Positions 40,737-56,474 of a stretch of DNA of 64,000 bases are shown here, one piece after another. Position 1 is the first letter of the stretch. The number at the start of each line of letters is the position of its first letter. Source of the DNA: Diadema antillarum (lineage: Eukaryota); contig NW_027271450.1 of the NCBI RefSeq assembly GCF_040938485.1, positions 310,001 through 374,000 on the forward strand, written 5' to 3'. The notes under the pieces are model-generated. The model did not search any database. It saw nothing but the letters and a program-made list of their open reading frames with translations, and was not told the DNA's origin. Position numbers and translations under genes: made by a program.

Positions 40737-43700
40737 TCGATACGCATACTTTGACATAGAAGGGGGAGAGTAAACACACAGTGGAGAGAAAGAAAAAATA
40801 AAGACAGAGAGAGTGCTTGGGTAGATTGTAGCACATTTTTTTCCTGTCTTTTAGCTTTCAAAAAGAAGAAGAAGATATTTTCACACGATTATAGATTATG
40901 TCGCTTGATATAAAGCTATCATGTCAAAAGCAGCAGTATCTCAGACATTTTAGGCGTCCGACCTATCATGCATATCATGTTACGCCAAAACTCTCATAGG
41001 CTGAAAACGGGTTATCATACAACCCGACTAATAGAAGAATTTTAATAAAAACAAATTAGAGATAAACAGATTATGCCTTTGAAACAACTTTTTGCATTCT
41101 CTCCTTTATAGCGTTTCTTTTATATATATTTGGGATTCTTTGCATGATATTCACTCAAAACAATACTTTTATTAAAAACGCTTTTTCATGTAAACCATCA
41201 GGCTGCATACGGAAAATTCAGAAGGAAACATGATTATAATATTCGTTGGAATTGGGACAGGAAAAGGGCATGATATTATAAGCATTTTTGCGCAGGGATT
41301 GATGTACGAACCATTCGTGTACAATCACAACATCCATGCATATGATGCGTTTACTGCTCCGCACTTCGCTGCCCTCTACGACGGAATTGCTCATAGTCGT
41401 ACATCGCCCATTGAAGCGAGACCACGCTCCGTGTTTATTGATTGGTTCAATTTTAACAATAGATATGAAACGCGGTGTTGTTATTGAATTGACGTGGTGA
41501 TAATGCTATTGTGTGAGGTCTACAACTTTATTTCGGGGCAAAAACAGACGCCTTTCCTGGCATGGACTGTACTCTGGGACGTGCAGAAATAGTGCGATGT
41601 TCTGAATGACTCCACGGCTCTTTACGAAATGAAGGTGAGCAGATAATTTGAAGAACATACAAGTTTTTTTCGCAGGTTGCGTCTCAGCGGTATCTCGGCA
41701 ATGTTGCCGCCAGGCTTTGCCCGTGGATGTTTGTTCATTTGACGCTGCACTGCGTCCGTTTGCTGCAGCCGTTGCCTGGCTTTGTCGTTGTACAGTGATC
41801 CGGGCCGGTGATGCTCTTTGATATTCATGCCTGGTAGTGGTACATAGCTCTCTTTGCTCTGACTGAGATTAGCACTTTCACTATTTATCACTTTATAACA
41901 TGATTCAGGAGTTTGAATTCATTTGCCGTTTATCTTTGGTTTAGTCTCTAACGTTAGTGTTCTCCTACTGTCTAACAGTTACAATTTTTCAGTTTGGTTA
42001 TAAATCCATTTTGCTTTTATATATGCCTATCTAATCTAGTGACATCAGTTTAGTGCAATCAGCCAAAAGTGGCACTTCCCATTTGGAGTATACTACTAGA
42101 TCTAACGTTAGACGTCTATCTATTAATTTATATGTAGGCCTAGATCTAGAAAACCTGAATGTGTACTCATTATAAATAATTTATTTGTTCTTTTATTTTC
42201 TTTAATCTTTTAATGGGGGGGGGGGGAGGAGGGGTGGGATTGGATGGGTGGGATTGGATGGGGTGGGGTAGTAATCTTACCTGGAAGAGGGAAGTGCTAT
42301 TCTCTATTTGATGTCTGATGTCCGCCTGCCACCTGGCTTTAGCCTTTTCTATGATAGACTTTTATTTTTAATCTTTCCAACATGGCAGAAGCTCTCTACT
42401 CAAGTTTTTTTTTTTTTTTAATGTACTGCTATGGAAAAAAAAAATGCTAACTAAGTTTACAATACTGAGTGACAATGCTGACTATACTATTACTATGTTA
42501 TACTGTTAGATCATATTTTTCACCATTCTTATTTTCTCTGACTATTTACATACAATATTACAACTTGTAAGTACATTCTCATTGTGTCATGCCAAGAATA
42601 GTTATTGCCAATTTTCAATCCTACATTGGATTAATTAATTTATTTTTTAATGAAACAGGTGATTACAAAGTGACAGATCAGCAAAGTTTTTATAAATATC
42701 AACCATTATTTTCATTATCCTTCTGAGCCTTCTTTGTCAAAGTCAGCGATGGCACAACTGTATGCACAGCACTACCCTGCTGACTACGACTTTCAGGTTC
42801 TCTCTGACTCTGTATTCTAAAACAGGATAAAAAAAATATATATATATCCTGACCACAATTCTGTCTAAATACACTGTAAGATACACCTTTTAACAAAATT
42901 AATGATGAAACTGATGATATTTTTGGGTTCAAAATACATGAGTAGTGACTGTATGCACTCAGACATACAAATATTGTAAGTTTTTACAGATTGAGTGTAA
43001 AAACATCTGTTTTTAAGTGCATATTGAACTCTATGTTAGATATACTGGTACAAATAGAATGTGGAAAACTGAAGTTGTTAAAATCTTAGGAATATCCCAC
43101 TAAAAGAATCATTTGTGAATATTCAAATATTCAAATATTAAATATTCTGTGACATGATACATCCCCCCCATATGTTCATGTGGTATGAATCTCACCGTAG
43201 TGAGGTACAAATGTGTACATTTTTGTGCAACACGTGAAGCAAGTTAGGAGCTTGCCTTTTGATCAATGGATTCCCCAGATGAATGCCATTATTAAACCAT
43301 CTGTCGCACAACAGCGAGATCCAGATTGTGTTTGTTGAGCGCTCGTTGGAGAGGTATGGTAGATTGTTTGACCCAGTTACACTGAATTCTGCTGTGCATT
43401 GACAAAACCATATTAACCCCATTCCATACTGAATTCTGAAATCGTCTTCGACTTAATACAAAGCTGACCAGGTTCGTGTAGTGAACGGGTTAAGAAAAAC
43501 AAAAAAAGTAATTAGATTTTTGCCACACTGTTTAAACCGTGTTCCCTCAAAACTGTTTTTTTTTTGTATTGTTTTGTTTTGTATTTTAGTGTGCATGGTG
43601 CGCCCCATGTTCTATGGTGTGCAGAACTCCCATATACTGTACAGTATGTACATGTAACACATGTAGGACAAGATGTTGATTAAAGTATCTAGTAGATATA

Positions 43701-46340
43701 ATTCTCAAGTTTTTAGATGCCCAACCAGAGAGAATCACATGACAACATACAAGAATATACTGCCGAGTGGCTGAGAGTTGAGTACGAGCATTTGCATGCC
43801 AGGGAAGAAAAATGGACAAAAAACAAACTTGTGGAGTTAGAATACAGTGCGCTGTAGTGGTGTACTGGTGGGTATCAGTTGTTGGTTTTGTGCTTTAGTT
43901 TTCAGGTAGTTGTCTAACAATGAAAGGTGTACAAAAGGTCTTGAATGCGAGATATACCCCATGATAATCTTACTGTCAAGAATAGCCTTGAACCTTGAAC
44001 CTTGAAGATACATGTATACATTGTAATCCTGATAGCAGCTTGTCCATGAAGCTAAACTTACCGTAATACCCCTGTGGTGATATTTTACATTGTAAAACTA
44101 CTGTGATACCATGCATCTGACCAACATGAACATCATGTTTTTGTTTTAGTTTTGATTCTTGTGCAAATGTGCAAAGTATAGGCCTACAATAACAGCCCTT
44201 GGAGAAAAAAAAAGATCTGCACTGTGTGGCATTAAGTTTTGTCTGTTTACTTTTTCAATAAAATGGTTTCTTGTTTGCAGTCAAGCCTGATCAGAATACT
44301 CTTTACTAACTACTATTATTAAAATTTGCTCACCAAGACTTGCAGGTAATGATCAGATTTGATGCAGTACGCATTTGTTTACAATGTTAATCTATTCAAA
44401 CTTGTTTTGAAAAGGATGGCCACTATTTTACCGTGTGATAACCAGAACGCAATGCTGATGAATGGGGTTAATCAGTAGATATCGCAAAAGCAACCAATTA
44501 GGGGCAAAACATTTTGATGTCATTGGGAGAGTACAATCATAGGATTTATCAGTGACGTCATGCTTTTATTCCTGTTCTCATAGGAGTGTCCCAGTTCTGG
44601 GAGGTTGGCTGCTTCCAGATATTCCATGCTTTTGGAAGTACCAATCAGTTTCCATCATGAGCAGATACTTTGGCGTCATTTTTAAAAGGGTGTAGCTATA
44701 GATGGTTCATATGCCAGGTCTCAGGAGAATCCTAGCATACTACAAGCAGGATGTGCCATTTATTGGCTAGACAGTTCCTTATGACGTGATGACTGAGACT
44801 TGTGTGAACAAAACCTGCCTATGACTTGTCTGAACGAAGCCCGATTCGCGAGAAGTGCTACATCATGTGATAACACAATCAGGCATGGAGATGGAGCGTT
44901 GGGGAGGTGTAGCGTCTGACAACGTAGGTGTGAATACGCTGTATGTTTCTCCAAATGTGTCATTCAGCAAGTACTGAGTGTGAGAGCAGTTGAGGGAAGC
45001 ATGTCCTTGGGGGATATGAAATGTAGCAGCAGTTACTAGATTCCAAAGAAAACAAATTACATTCTTCCAATGCTTGTTCTCCTTGTCCATATTGGCACAC
45101 TGAAGTGTCACTGCTTTCTTCTGGAAAGAAAAGAAAAACAAAACAAAAGCACTTTAAAAGCACTATTTACTCTCCACAGGGCAAAGATAAGTTTCCCTGA
45201 ATCAGGCAATACATTCTGTACTTTCATCAGTGTATTTCCTTAAAACCTCGCACAATGTGTACATTAGATCGTTAAGATGTTGTTTTTGAAGAAAACTATG
45301 CTTGTTGACTCTGAATAAAACATTTTGTGTTTATATAAACCTTAGAAATTATGGAGAACATGCAACTGTTCTGTCTTTTTCAAGCTCTAGCCAATGTCAA
45401 CACATTGCAAGTTGCTAATGAATTTGACTGCAATTATATAGCGCATATGAAGGAGAATGTGTCAATATACATGGTAACTATACAATTGTACTTTCCTTTT
45501 GGTTTTGCCCTCTCCCAAATGTGACGTCAAACAAGTCCAACACTGTACTTCAGTGGCTCTCAGGAATTCTTCTACCAGTCTCTCCCTCTCTTTCACTTTT
45601 ACTCAGCTACGATCCAACTTGCAGAAACTTTCCTTTTCAGACTTCTGCAGCCTTTCCTTGTTTTTGATGGTCTGTTTGTCGCCATTATCTGCTTTACAGA
45701 CAGCTTCATTTAATTTCCCTCCCACACTGTCTTGACTCAGTGGTCCTTTTGAAGCTCGCTGATCAATCTCCTTTGTAACCCATGTCTTGCAAAAATAGTT
45801 TCGGGAGCTGGATTAGGGCTTGACTGAAGGAGGGGCTAGTTTATTGTCCCAAGACCTCTTTTAGAAACCATGAGTAGCAAGTACAAGTAGAGAAGGTGAT
45901 CCTATGAGTGAATAGCGTGCTTTCTGTAATCCCCAATGAAATTGTTATTTTTATCCTAAAACTTGTACAGCTTAAAGACCTAGATACAGGTGAACTCATC
46001 TTCAAAGTGTTTTGTTGACAGTTACTAGTAGCTGCAAGTAACTTGTTATATCCAATGGGCCTTCTGTCTCTCTAGTGTATTTCCACAGGAGCTTTCATCC
46101 AACATCACGGAGCAAATAAAAACAAAAGGAAGCTGTAGGCCTATTTGTGAACCACCACTGTTCTTCAAATCTTTTAGATATAAGAGTAGATATCTCAAAT
46201 ATTGTTTGTAGTGACAGGATTTTATTATGGAAATATATAGCCTACACTGTAACTGTAAAGTGTCCTATTTTGCGTCATTTTTTTTTTTTTTTTTTTTTTT
46301 GTATTAACCAGGGAGGTGAGAGTCACCTCCCTGGTATTAA

Positions 46341-46426
46341 CCCGTTGAAGACGAGTCCCAAGTATACCTCAGGCAGATGTCTATGGGAAATGTGTGTTGT
46401 AGGAAAATCAGCCCATCCTCAATGGG
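46341..46426. mobile_element. 86-bp piggyBac-like MITE
   Basis: TTAA|CCCGTTGAAGACG ... CATCCTCAATGGG|TTAA. Confidence 0.62.
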
Positions 46427-46917
46427 TTAAGTTTAGGTCATAGAGCTTTCTATTCATTTGATGTTTTGATCAAATTTCTGTTTATACAATTCTTATTTAC
46501 AAGTTCAAAGCAAATTACAATTGTAGTTTACAACTTTCTTGGACATGTTGATTTCAACAGCATAAAACTAATAGGCTGCTTGTGTGACTTGAATCTTGTG
46601 TGTCCACACATACAGATTACAGCTGTATGCCTTCAGCTCTGAAATTTTGGGAGTCAAGTATCTTTTATCTTTTCTTATCTGTTGCATCCTTAGGTTACAT
46701 TTCTTAATTAGACTAAGTAGATCTTCCTTTTTAAAAGAATGATATTCTTAGTACATGTAGTAAGATCACAGTTTTTGTAGCATTTACTGCTTGAATCCTT
46801 AGTTGTCTGAAGTAGGAATTTTTTTTATAATATCAATCTTGTGTGTTTTTTGTCCCATTCTCCTTGATAAGTCACAAAGGCAATGAGGCAATAAAGTCTT
46901 GTTTCTGCTGAAAATAG

Positions 46918-46918
<1 letters not shown>

Positions 46919-46962
<44 letters not shown>
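46919..46962. repeat. (TG)n microsatellite
   Basis: Direct reading. Confidence 0.95.
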
Positions 46963-46966
<4 letters not shown>

Positions 46967-47483
46967 AATGCTGTAAACCAGCAGTTTGTTTGAACCTTAT
47001 ATTTTTAACAATTTCTAGCGGCTGCTTGAATGAAAAGCTGTATTTATGCAGAACTCAAGAAGCTGTCAACCATTTCTTTTGATTTAAATGTGCTGGAAAG
47101 ACAGAGAGAAACACTGAGAACTTTTGACAAAGGGAACGGAAACTTGTTGTGTTGAATAAACCCAGAGTGAGACCACAGGATGTAAGGATGGATGGTCCAG
47201 CCAACTTTGGTGACAAAAACAAGTTAAGCTGCATGCAGCAGCCTTTTGAGCAGAGATGTTTGTGAGAAATTACTTTTGATACTGACCTCTCCCAGACACC
47301 TCATGGGGGTTGGGGTGGGGGTGGGGGAGGGGAGGGGATGGGGGGGGGGAGAGAACATCTTTTCAAACAAAATCAACCGCAATATCCCCAACTAGATTCT
47401 AAGTGGTAGTGGCAGAAATAGTGAACCCTAGGAACATCAAACCACTGCTTAGGATCATCCTGACCAATGTGGTTTATAGATTT

Positions 47484-47487
<4 letters not shown>

Positions 47488-47523
<36 letters not shown>
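47488..47523. repeat. (TG)n microsatellite
   Basis: Direct reading. Confidence 0.95.
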
Positions 47524-47525
<2 letters not shown>

Positions 47526-48385
47526 TGTGCGGGTGCGTGTGTGTATTTGTGTTGTTGTAAATGTTTTTTTTTTTTTATTTGAATCGTTAGATGGCTTCAT
47601 GGTAGGCAGGCTCCCCTAACAAGTATTCGAATTTAAAGCGGACAACAGCTACTGTTGTGGAAATGCCAGTACCCTGAGTCATCCCCTTTCTCTCCCCTCC
47701 CCTTCCCTCCCCCTCATTCCTCACCACTCTTCCCTTCTTGAGCAGATTTAGAGCTTAGTGGCCTTTTCATATTCCAATTCAGAAGAAAGGGGATGGAGGG
47801 AACTGGGGGTGAAAGCCAAATATTTTGATGGTAGCTGGGATTCAATCTGATGCTGTGTTTTTCATCAGTTGTCAGTATGGTGTACACAGCATGCAGGCCA
47901 TCCCGTCATGGTTTCGTAGAAAACCTCCAGCAGTGTTGTCAGATCATCCCAATGGGTATTGTGATCTGGGAGTTAGTTCTGTCTCTTCTTGGTATTAAGC
48001 TCCTTACATAAAGTCAATATCTTTCCGTACTTTCACCTTTGAACTCTTCTGTCAAGGTCTTGTTTTGTTTATAGCTACAGTTGTACTTCCTTCAGAATAA
48101 AGAGAATCTAATGTGTCATTGTTGTCGTTAGCATCAGACATTTTGACCTGAATCAACCTGTCTTTACATCCTGATTCTTGTCAGTGCAATGTTCAGAGCT
48201 GTAAGCATTTCCAAGTGTGTCGCACTTAGATTTTGAGACCTACTCTGTTATACACAAAATGGAAGTCAATAAAAGATCAACATTGGACTGAAGGATTTAC
48301 AGTGTAATTCCATGCCATTTACAATTTGGATTCAGGACATGAACATGAAGTTTTGTAAAAGTGAAAATATGCATGTTGTTGTTAA

Positions 48386-48954
48386 AGGACAAGTTCACCT
48401 TCATAAACATAAGGATTGAGAAAATGCAACAATATTAGTAGAGCACATCAGTGAAAGTTTGAGGAAAATTGGACAATCGATGCAAAAGTTATGAATTTTT
48501 AAAATTTTTGTGTTGGAACCGCTGGATGAGGAGACTACTACAGCTTGTGAGTCATATGCGTACAACAGGATAAAGAAAATGTAAAGAAAATTCAACATAT
48601 TTTCACTTTTTTTCGCATAATAAAAGAGCACTTGACTTGTCTCTTTCTAAAAGCAGGGGGAATAATATTACCCCTAACATATGTCGGTAACGAGTCAAGG
48701 GAATATGTACTTTTTTCAAAAGACGGAATTTTGTGAAATTCTCTTTATATTTTCCTTATATTGTTGTACGCATGTGACATCTAAGTTATTCATACACTAC
48801 AGTAGTCTTCTCATCCAGCGGTTACTACACAAAAACTTCAAAAATTCATAACTTTTGAACGGGTTGTCCGATTTTCCTCAAACTTTCAGTGACGTGTTCT
48901 CCTAATATTGCTACATTCTCTCAATCCTTATGTTTATGAGGGTGAACTTGTCCT
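48386..48954. mobile_element. Kolobok-like MITE family A, copy 2 (inverted relative to copy 1)
   Basis: TTAA|AGGACAAGTTCACCTTCATAAACATAAGGATTGAG ... CTCAATCCTTATGTTTATGAGGGTGAACTTGTCCT|TTAA; central part is the reverse complement of the copy 1 core. Confidence 0.82.
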
Positions 48955-51900
48955 TTAATATTTTTATTTAGATATCACCCTACTTACAAAATTTGCAAAA
49001 ATAAAAACCCTGCGCAATATGTGACATATATTGCTACCAAATAGACAAGGCGGTGTTGTGACTGTGTCTATTAATGTACGGTCTGTGTGTATGGTTTCCA
49101 GTGGGAGCATGTGTTCACCGCAAATGAGAGAAAATTCACTAGTTTGTTTGCCAGAATTGGCGCAGTGTTGACATTCTCTTGACAGTCAGATAAACACAGT
49201 GTATCTCTATTGATTTATGAGCTTGACTTTGCTCAGACAGTTGCCTACCAATCGATGGTCAAAAGGCAAAACGAATTGGCCTACAGCTGTCCTCAATAAT
49301 TTGGAGTGATACTGGTCATGTTGGGGCAAAATGTTGCTGATAGCTCAATCTGCAGAAAGGATCAACAGGTATAAAAGCTTCATAATACGTATAGTATACA
49401 GAGAAAGAGAAGAAACCACCCCATGGTATCACACAGTTTTCTGTAGTAAACAGTGGTCTCTGGGACATCAACACACATGCATAAGAGCCACTTTTTTTTT
49501 CTGAAATTTTGACAATGATCATATTAACAAGATAGTTAAAGATTGCAGAGGTCCAGTGTAAATGCAAATCAAATTAATAGGTACTTTTAAACTTTGTTCT
49601 GTAGGGATACACCTTGTGAGTTGAAATCATTGCTTTTCTGGTTTTCCATTTCAGTAGGTACTGTAATTTGCCAATCAATTTCATGATTGAAAGCTTGATT
49701 ACTTGTTCCATTGAAAACTTGATTACTTGTTCCATCAAACTTTTAGCAGTGTCAAGATATCACTCTACTGTTTTATATGAAAATGTGACAGCTGTGATGA
49801 TGAAATGTAAACAGTTACAAGGCACTTGAGCACAGCAGGAACATTGATGTGTGTAGTGATCTGAAACTGATAGCCTTCACTCCAGCCTCCACTCCTCTGC
49901 AATGATTGACAGCTCTTTGTGAGGGGTGTGTGCAGCAGACAGCAAACAAACAGACACAATGTCTGACCAGAACCCTACAAAGAGGCAATGGTGGTTGGTG
50001 CAGGGCTCACCCTGTATTGTGCTGCTATTCAAACACAGAATTCTGCCGCTTTGTCAAAGTCAGCCCAGAGGTAGGAATCGAGAGGCCTAGAGTGTAGTGT
50101 TTTAACCTTACATGGTCTCTTTGCAGCTTTGAGTGTTATCAAAATCAAAGAATTAATACTTATTGATTGATCACTCCAGCTTTTAGCATACCTTGTCAAT
50201 GTGTATCTGTCAAGGCTCAGACAAATCGTCTTCATGACTCCTGAAGAATAATAATGACTGAACAAAACTGTATTGTTACTCATATAGATCATCTTTTGCA
50301 TGTTCAATGTACTTATTAAAATGCTGCATGAATAGTGATTTGAATCTGCTTTCATAATTTGTGTTGATTCTGTGTTTATAGATACACTGTACACTGATTC
50401 CATTTTGTCTTTGTAGGGGAATATGATGGTGAAATTGAAAACTGAATGTGCAGGTTTTTTTTTTTTTTTTTTTGGGGGGGGGGGTCTGGAGACCACTTCT
50501 TCCACAGACAGCAAGCTACAATGTATTAAAGATTACTGCATGTACAGAATGTAAAGTTCTGCCGAATTATCTTAATGAAATGTGAAGACCTGTCGCTAGT
50601 GCTGAGAATCCATTAATAAAAAGAGATTATAACCTGCTACTGATAGCATTGATTACAGGATGTTGATATTGTATAGACTTTAACTTATTAATAACAGCTT
50701 GGTGGGGGGGGGGGGGGGCGGGGGAGGCTGCAGGGTAGGGTACACTGTAGGCCCTCTGTGTTGCAAACTGACACTGCTATTTTGTATTGCCAAAGTGTGA
50801 GTTGAATATTTATTTTAGCACTCCATAACAAAACTGTTAAAACCATGCAATACTGGTGGTGAATATTTTGGTGGATGTCGTGTCTTGAAAAGATTTGTTT
50901 TGATGATGATAGAAATCAAGGTTGTACTAGCAATACCCGTCTTTCGTTGTTGTTGGGGTTTTTTGTGTTTTATGCACAGTTTATCCTTAAAGTGAATTTC
51001 ATATTCATATATGCATGAAAAGTTAGCAACCAAACTTATTATTATATTGTATGGGAAAAAAACAAATAAAATTTGGGCTGTTATATAAGTAAAGACTCGT
51101 GCAACAAACAAAAACAGAAAATGAATGGAGCTTTGTGACCATGGGATCTTGACCCGTAGAATGTGTGGACTTCAGCTTGGGTCTCAGAGAGGCGTGGGCT
51201 GCTTTCATAAGACACAATGGAAAGTACAGAGTTGTTTTTCACCCCTCAGGATTCTAAAGTTGTTTGTAACTTTCGGAACTGAATTGAGTTACACTGTACA
51301 TGCGACTTCCTGGTACATGGATTAAGCAGTGTTTGAGGATTGCATTTCACAGCTTTCTAATCAGTAGGAATTTCATTTGATGTTTGTTCCGTTGTCGTTG
51401 TTATCTTGAATATCAATGTGCCAATTTTATCAGTCCTAAAGACTACCACACTCAAAGTACTCCCTACATCCATTGTGCAGGAGTCATCTGCTTTTAACAC
51501 TGGACAAAATGATACACCCTGCTGTTATGTCTCTTGAAATGTTCATACTCACGAACTGACTGCCTTCAATTATTAGTTTGCACCAAATCAAATACTGATA
51601 GGCATAATAAATATTTTGTTTGTTGGTTGGTTGGTTGGTTTTTACTGCACATGGTTAAAACAGTTCTTGTATTCCAAGTAAAGCATACCGGTATATTGTT
51701 GTTTCTGTGTGTCTACCTTTTGATGATACATACAACAAATATTCAATAACACTGGCTTCTCAGATGACAAAATTGATTATTTTGATTCTGTGTCTGTGGT
51801 TAAACCTTCCTGATTTGTTTATTAATCAGTAGTCCTATTAAGGAGAATTCTTGTCATTGTGTAATGCTTGATAATCAGAATATTCTTAAACAGGTAAATG

Positions 51901-54900
51901 CCTGTCTGTTTACGTGCACATTTTGTATTTTCCTTGTAGATAATTCTTTTTATACTTACAGTGTGCACATGTACGTATGTACTGTACCTATGTGTTGCTC
52001 TGTAGGGAAAACATATTGATAAGTACAGTATGTGTTAGAACAAATAAAACATACAATACGTGCCAAAAAATGTAACATATTTCTAGTTGATAGGTTATCA
52101 TCTCACATTGTAAACAAACTTTTTGAGATTGTGTTTGCCCAAGAATTGTGGTCTCCTGTTTTTATGGTTTTTTTTTCTTTGTCGACATCATGTTCGTGAT
52201 AGTTTGCTGTTAATGTAATCATAAAAGTTTAGATTGTTGTCTCTGACTGTCTGTTTTGCTGGTAACATTGAGCTCTCTGTGTATCAGCCATGTTCAAAGT
52301 TCAAAGTAAGATATTTCAGTCAAGCAGAGTAATCCATTCTGTTTTATTTGACACAGAATGTTATATAGTGTTATTGATATATCAATTCAACTGCTTAATA
52401 CAAACATACAACAAAATAAGGCAGGGTATTTCATTGTAATTACTTGTTTTGATGTGAAGATATATCTGTGATTAGTTCAATAGTTGTTTAATAAAAAAAC
52501 AAGGATTAGAACAATGCAACCAAGGAACTTACAGTAAAGTAGACCCCTCTCCTAATAAAAACAAAAGTAATACTGGGAACATGCTTTAAAGTCATATAGT
52601 TTTTCGGCATATTTAATTGTCCATTCTAGACTGTACAGTTACATCTAAAGAGTAACCCACTGATGTTTAGAAGTTTAAATGCAGAGTAATGCTAGATTAT
52701 GCTACTCACCTTTACAAGATTGCGCAATACAAATTAATGTATTTTTCACATTTTGTTGTACGTAGGCGTGTTTGTTTGTGTTATTCCACAGCACTATTTG
52801 CATTTTGCCATGGGGGGGGGGGGGGAAGGGACCAAAGCAGTGTAATTCATGAGTCATCAAAATAAACATGAACACATTTACATTCCCCTCCACACTCCCT
52901 CCTATTCTTCAGATAATTACCAGACAATTACAAAAATAGGAGCTACTCTTGATTCCAAAATGTTTTATAAAAATAGATAGACGTTTAAAACTTGAGATAT
53001 AATATCTGTATAACAGATACTTGCAAGATTTCATGTATTTGAAAAGTTTGTTATGCCTGCTTCAAACCATTGTTAGTCAAGGTTTAAAAAAAAAATCAGA
53101 TAAGCAATGTTCCTAGTCCTTAGATCATGATATTTGCTTGTAACAGGATACATACAGTATGTGATCTTGTGAGACTTGTTATCGCAGCTTTGATCAGGAT
53201 AAATTTTTATGAAGGATATGTATATTTGTACACATGTAAATGTCAGGATGGGATGTTGAACTGGTATCATATCGTCCTGTATTTACAAAGGTGTACATGT
53301 ACATAAATATTCGTGTCGTTGGATGTTGAAATTGGAGACATTGTCTGTAGGCACCTTCAAGCACCAATAGCCTTGGTATAACATCGATATTCAGTTTCCA
53401 AACATGTTTTTTATATCAAATATAATCATATGTAGCTGTAGGATCAGTTGACTTGAATCATATAGTAAGTACAAATGTACTTGTTTTATACCATAAATTT
53501 GAGACTGATTTTTACATTATAAAGAATACCAAAATAGAGTAAACAAGCCCTAGTAGCATACACATACAGTACATTATACACGTTGTAAATTGTCCAAAGA
53601 GGCCTACTCGTGGTAAATTTGTTATTTTGATCATTTAGCTACACGTATGTAAATCATGAATTGATGCAGCTACACAGGTGAACTCTGACCAGGTTGGGGA
53701 GTTTAGTGTTTGACCAGGATGTCAGGTCCTACTGTATATCACAGTTTTCCTTTGTTTTAATGTAAACCTTTCACCATTTCAAACCACATGCACCAGTCCA
53801 AAGGTTGTGTTAAAGATAGACCCCAGGTCATAGTTAGACATGTCATTGAAGCTCAGTTTCCATGAAACAAGAAATGCTGATCACCATGACTCAAACTGAT
53901 GCAATCTGTCTGTAATAGAGCCTAGCAGGAGATCAAATATTTGTCCTGAAAGACGTAGAATAGATGTGGTCTCTCTCTGGAATGATTGCTAGTATTACCA
54001 AACTTTTCCAAGACTTTTCCAAGACTTCTGTCTATAACAAACCACATGTGTTTGCATTCAGATTTTGCCCAGCAACAACAACCAATATGAACAGCAATAG
54101 CTGCTCTTGTGCAGAATGACGATTTGACGTTTAATGTGCCAAGGAACACAAGAAGGCATTTCCTTTTCCCAGGCTAATTTTTCATGAGCTGAATATTTGA
54201 GAAAAATAATTCCAAATATGTGCACATGTATCGTTCATGGGAAAATTTGCAATGGGACGAATCTTCGCAAAGGAAGGCTGAATGTTACTGATCCAACTGA
54301 TAACGGTTAATGCTCCAAGGATCAAAGTCGACTACCGGTACTTGACGGGAGCCAAAAGGGGAAAGAACCGTGGTGGACGGGGGCAGGGTTAGCAGTGGTG
54401 GAGTGTATGCACTTCTTTCCTTTGTTTATTGGTGACAAAATAGTAGATTTAAGGTCCGTGTTTCCTCATCAAAAGTCCTTTATTGAAAGTGATTACTTTG
54501 GATCAGGGATTTCGCCAGCTTTGCTTTCTCAAGAGAATTCCATGCATTGCTTACTGTAGATTTTGATACAAAGTCAGATTGTTATTGTGGGATTGAAGGG
54601 GAATTATCTGACCTGCAGAGAATCAGGTAGTCCCAAGTTGATTTAGATGGGGGCAGGACTTAAAGTGGAAAAGTACAAGTGTGTAATATAATGATAAGAT
54701 GGTACTGTGTGACTCACAGAGTGTGAATGCTTTACTAGTTGTAGCCAGGTATGGAGTTCAGTAGCAGTTTGAGCACTTTCAGCTTTGGAGTGATTTAATT
54801 TAAAGTACAAAGCTACGTGTTTTGCTGGCTATCAAACCTTCATCTGTTACAACAGGCTTTGATACTCTTTACTACTTGCAAGTTCAAACTACAGTAGATG

Positions 54901-55476
54901 TAAGTACATTGACCTCTCAAATGTTTTATTGAGTGTTCAATGCCTTTTGTCAGCAGGTTTATCAAATCTGAAAGTCTTGGATAACAAGAAAATTTTAAAG
55001 GTGAATGCATTCCTGGTTTGATATGTAGGCCTACAGTAACTTGCCGTAATCTGAAAGTACATGTACAAAACTTGTACTTATATGGTGTCATTAAACAACT
55101 CAAATCTCAATGGGGTGTTTCATGCAGATTGAATATCGATATAACCTGTTCATCAGTGTCACACAAAGACTCGGCAGGTCAGCTGTGTGGTAGACATGGG
55201 CATTGTTGCATAAAGAGGGTACACCCATGTTTCATGTACAGTGCATTTCACCTGTAGACAATGCAATGTCTACAGGCCATTGTTTGGTGTGTGTGATAGG
55301 CAGTGATGTGCATAATGCTGATTATTAAAAACTTTTATCTCCTCTTTCCACTTTTCCTTCTTCCCCTCTGTGATGTACAATACATGTTAAAGATAACTGC
55401 TTAACTGGAGGTGTCATGTTAACTGCTCCTCTTGTTCTACAAAGAAACTCACTATAATTTCTATACCATTATTCTG

Positions 55477-55480
<4 letters not shown>

Positions 55481-55507
<27 letters not shown>
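55481..55507. repeat. (TA)n microsatellite
   Basis: Direct reading. Confidence 0.95.
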
Positions 55508-56474
55508 GGAGAACAAGATCTTCAAAATGATCAGGAATTAGCTGGAATGTTTTTTACATGCTAAGGATTAACACCAATCTATGATTCAGGGTGAAAAGTT
55601 TACTTCTGTATCAGCATTCCTGCACTTTACGTACAAGGTAGGCCCTGTTGTACATGTCTTTTCACAGTGAAGTTGACCTTTTATTGTGCTTCATCATAGC
55701 TGTGTGAATGTTGCTGTAATAATATCGATAATAATTCAGATGGCAAAACTACAACCTGCACCATAACATAACAGATCTTTTTCTCGAAGATGATAAACAG
55801 ACTTAAATTCTAAATGCATGCAAAATGTTGTAGAAATAAAGGTGGAGTTTTGCATTCATTTACATCTCCCACTGGGTATCTCCATTATTGTAAATGGTAA
55901 AAAAAAAAACACACACACAATTTTGCTCCGGTGATTCACGATAAAATGTGGGAAGGTACTGGGAGTTTAAAGTTCAGAGCACACCACCAGATTTGGTTCA
56001 TTGAAACGCAACAGTACACATTACACTCAAGTGGCTCAAATTAGGGTGTACCCGATTTGGTTGAGTGGAAATGTTGTCATTTCTAATTGTGACCCACTCA
56101 GGGAGGAACAACAAGCTGCAGTCGCACAATACATTATTGTTTGCTTTTCCCGCCAGTTATCATCTGCCGTAATATATTACTGATCTGTACTCTCTGTGCA
56201 TAGGATGGGTGGATTCTCACATGTACAAAATGTAGTGTCACAGATTCTTTTTAACTCTGTGATGGCTCAATTTAAGGGAATTATCCAACTTTGTGGACTG
56301 ATCTATCTGATGATGCTCACATGTATGGCAGAAAAAAAAATAAAAGCACTCTAACATTCTACCATCACACATCTGTATTGTATTGTGTATAAGAAATCAT
56401 ATTCTACTTTGTGCTAATGATTCAGTCAATGAATAGTGTATTCTCACACTACTGTCTATGGGAAATATTTGTAA

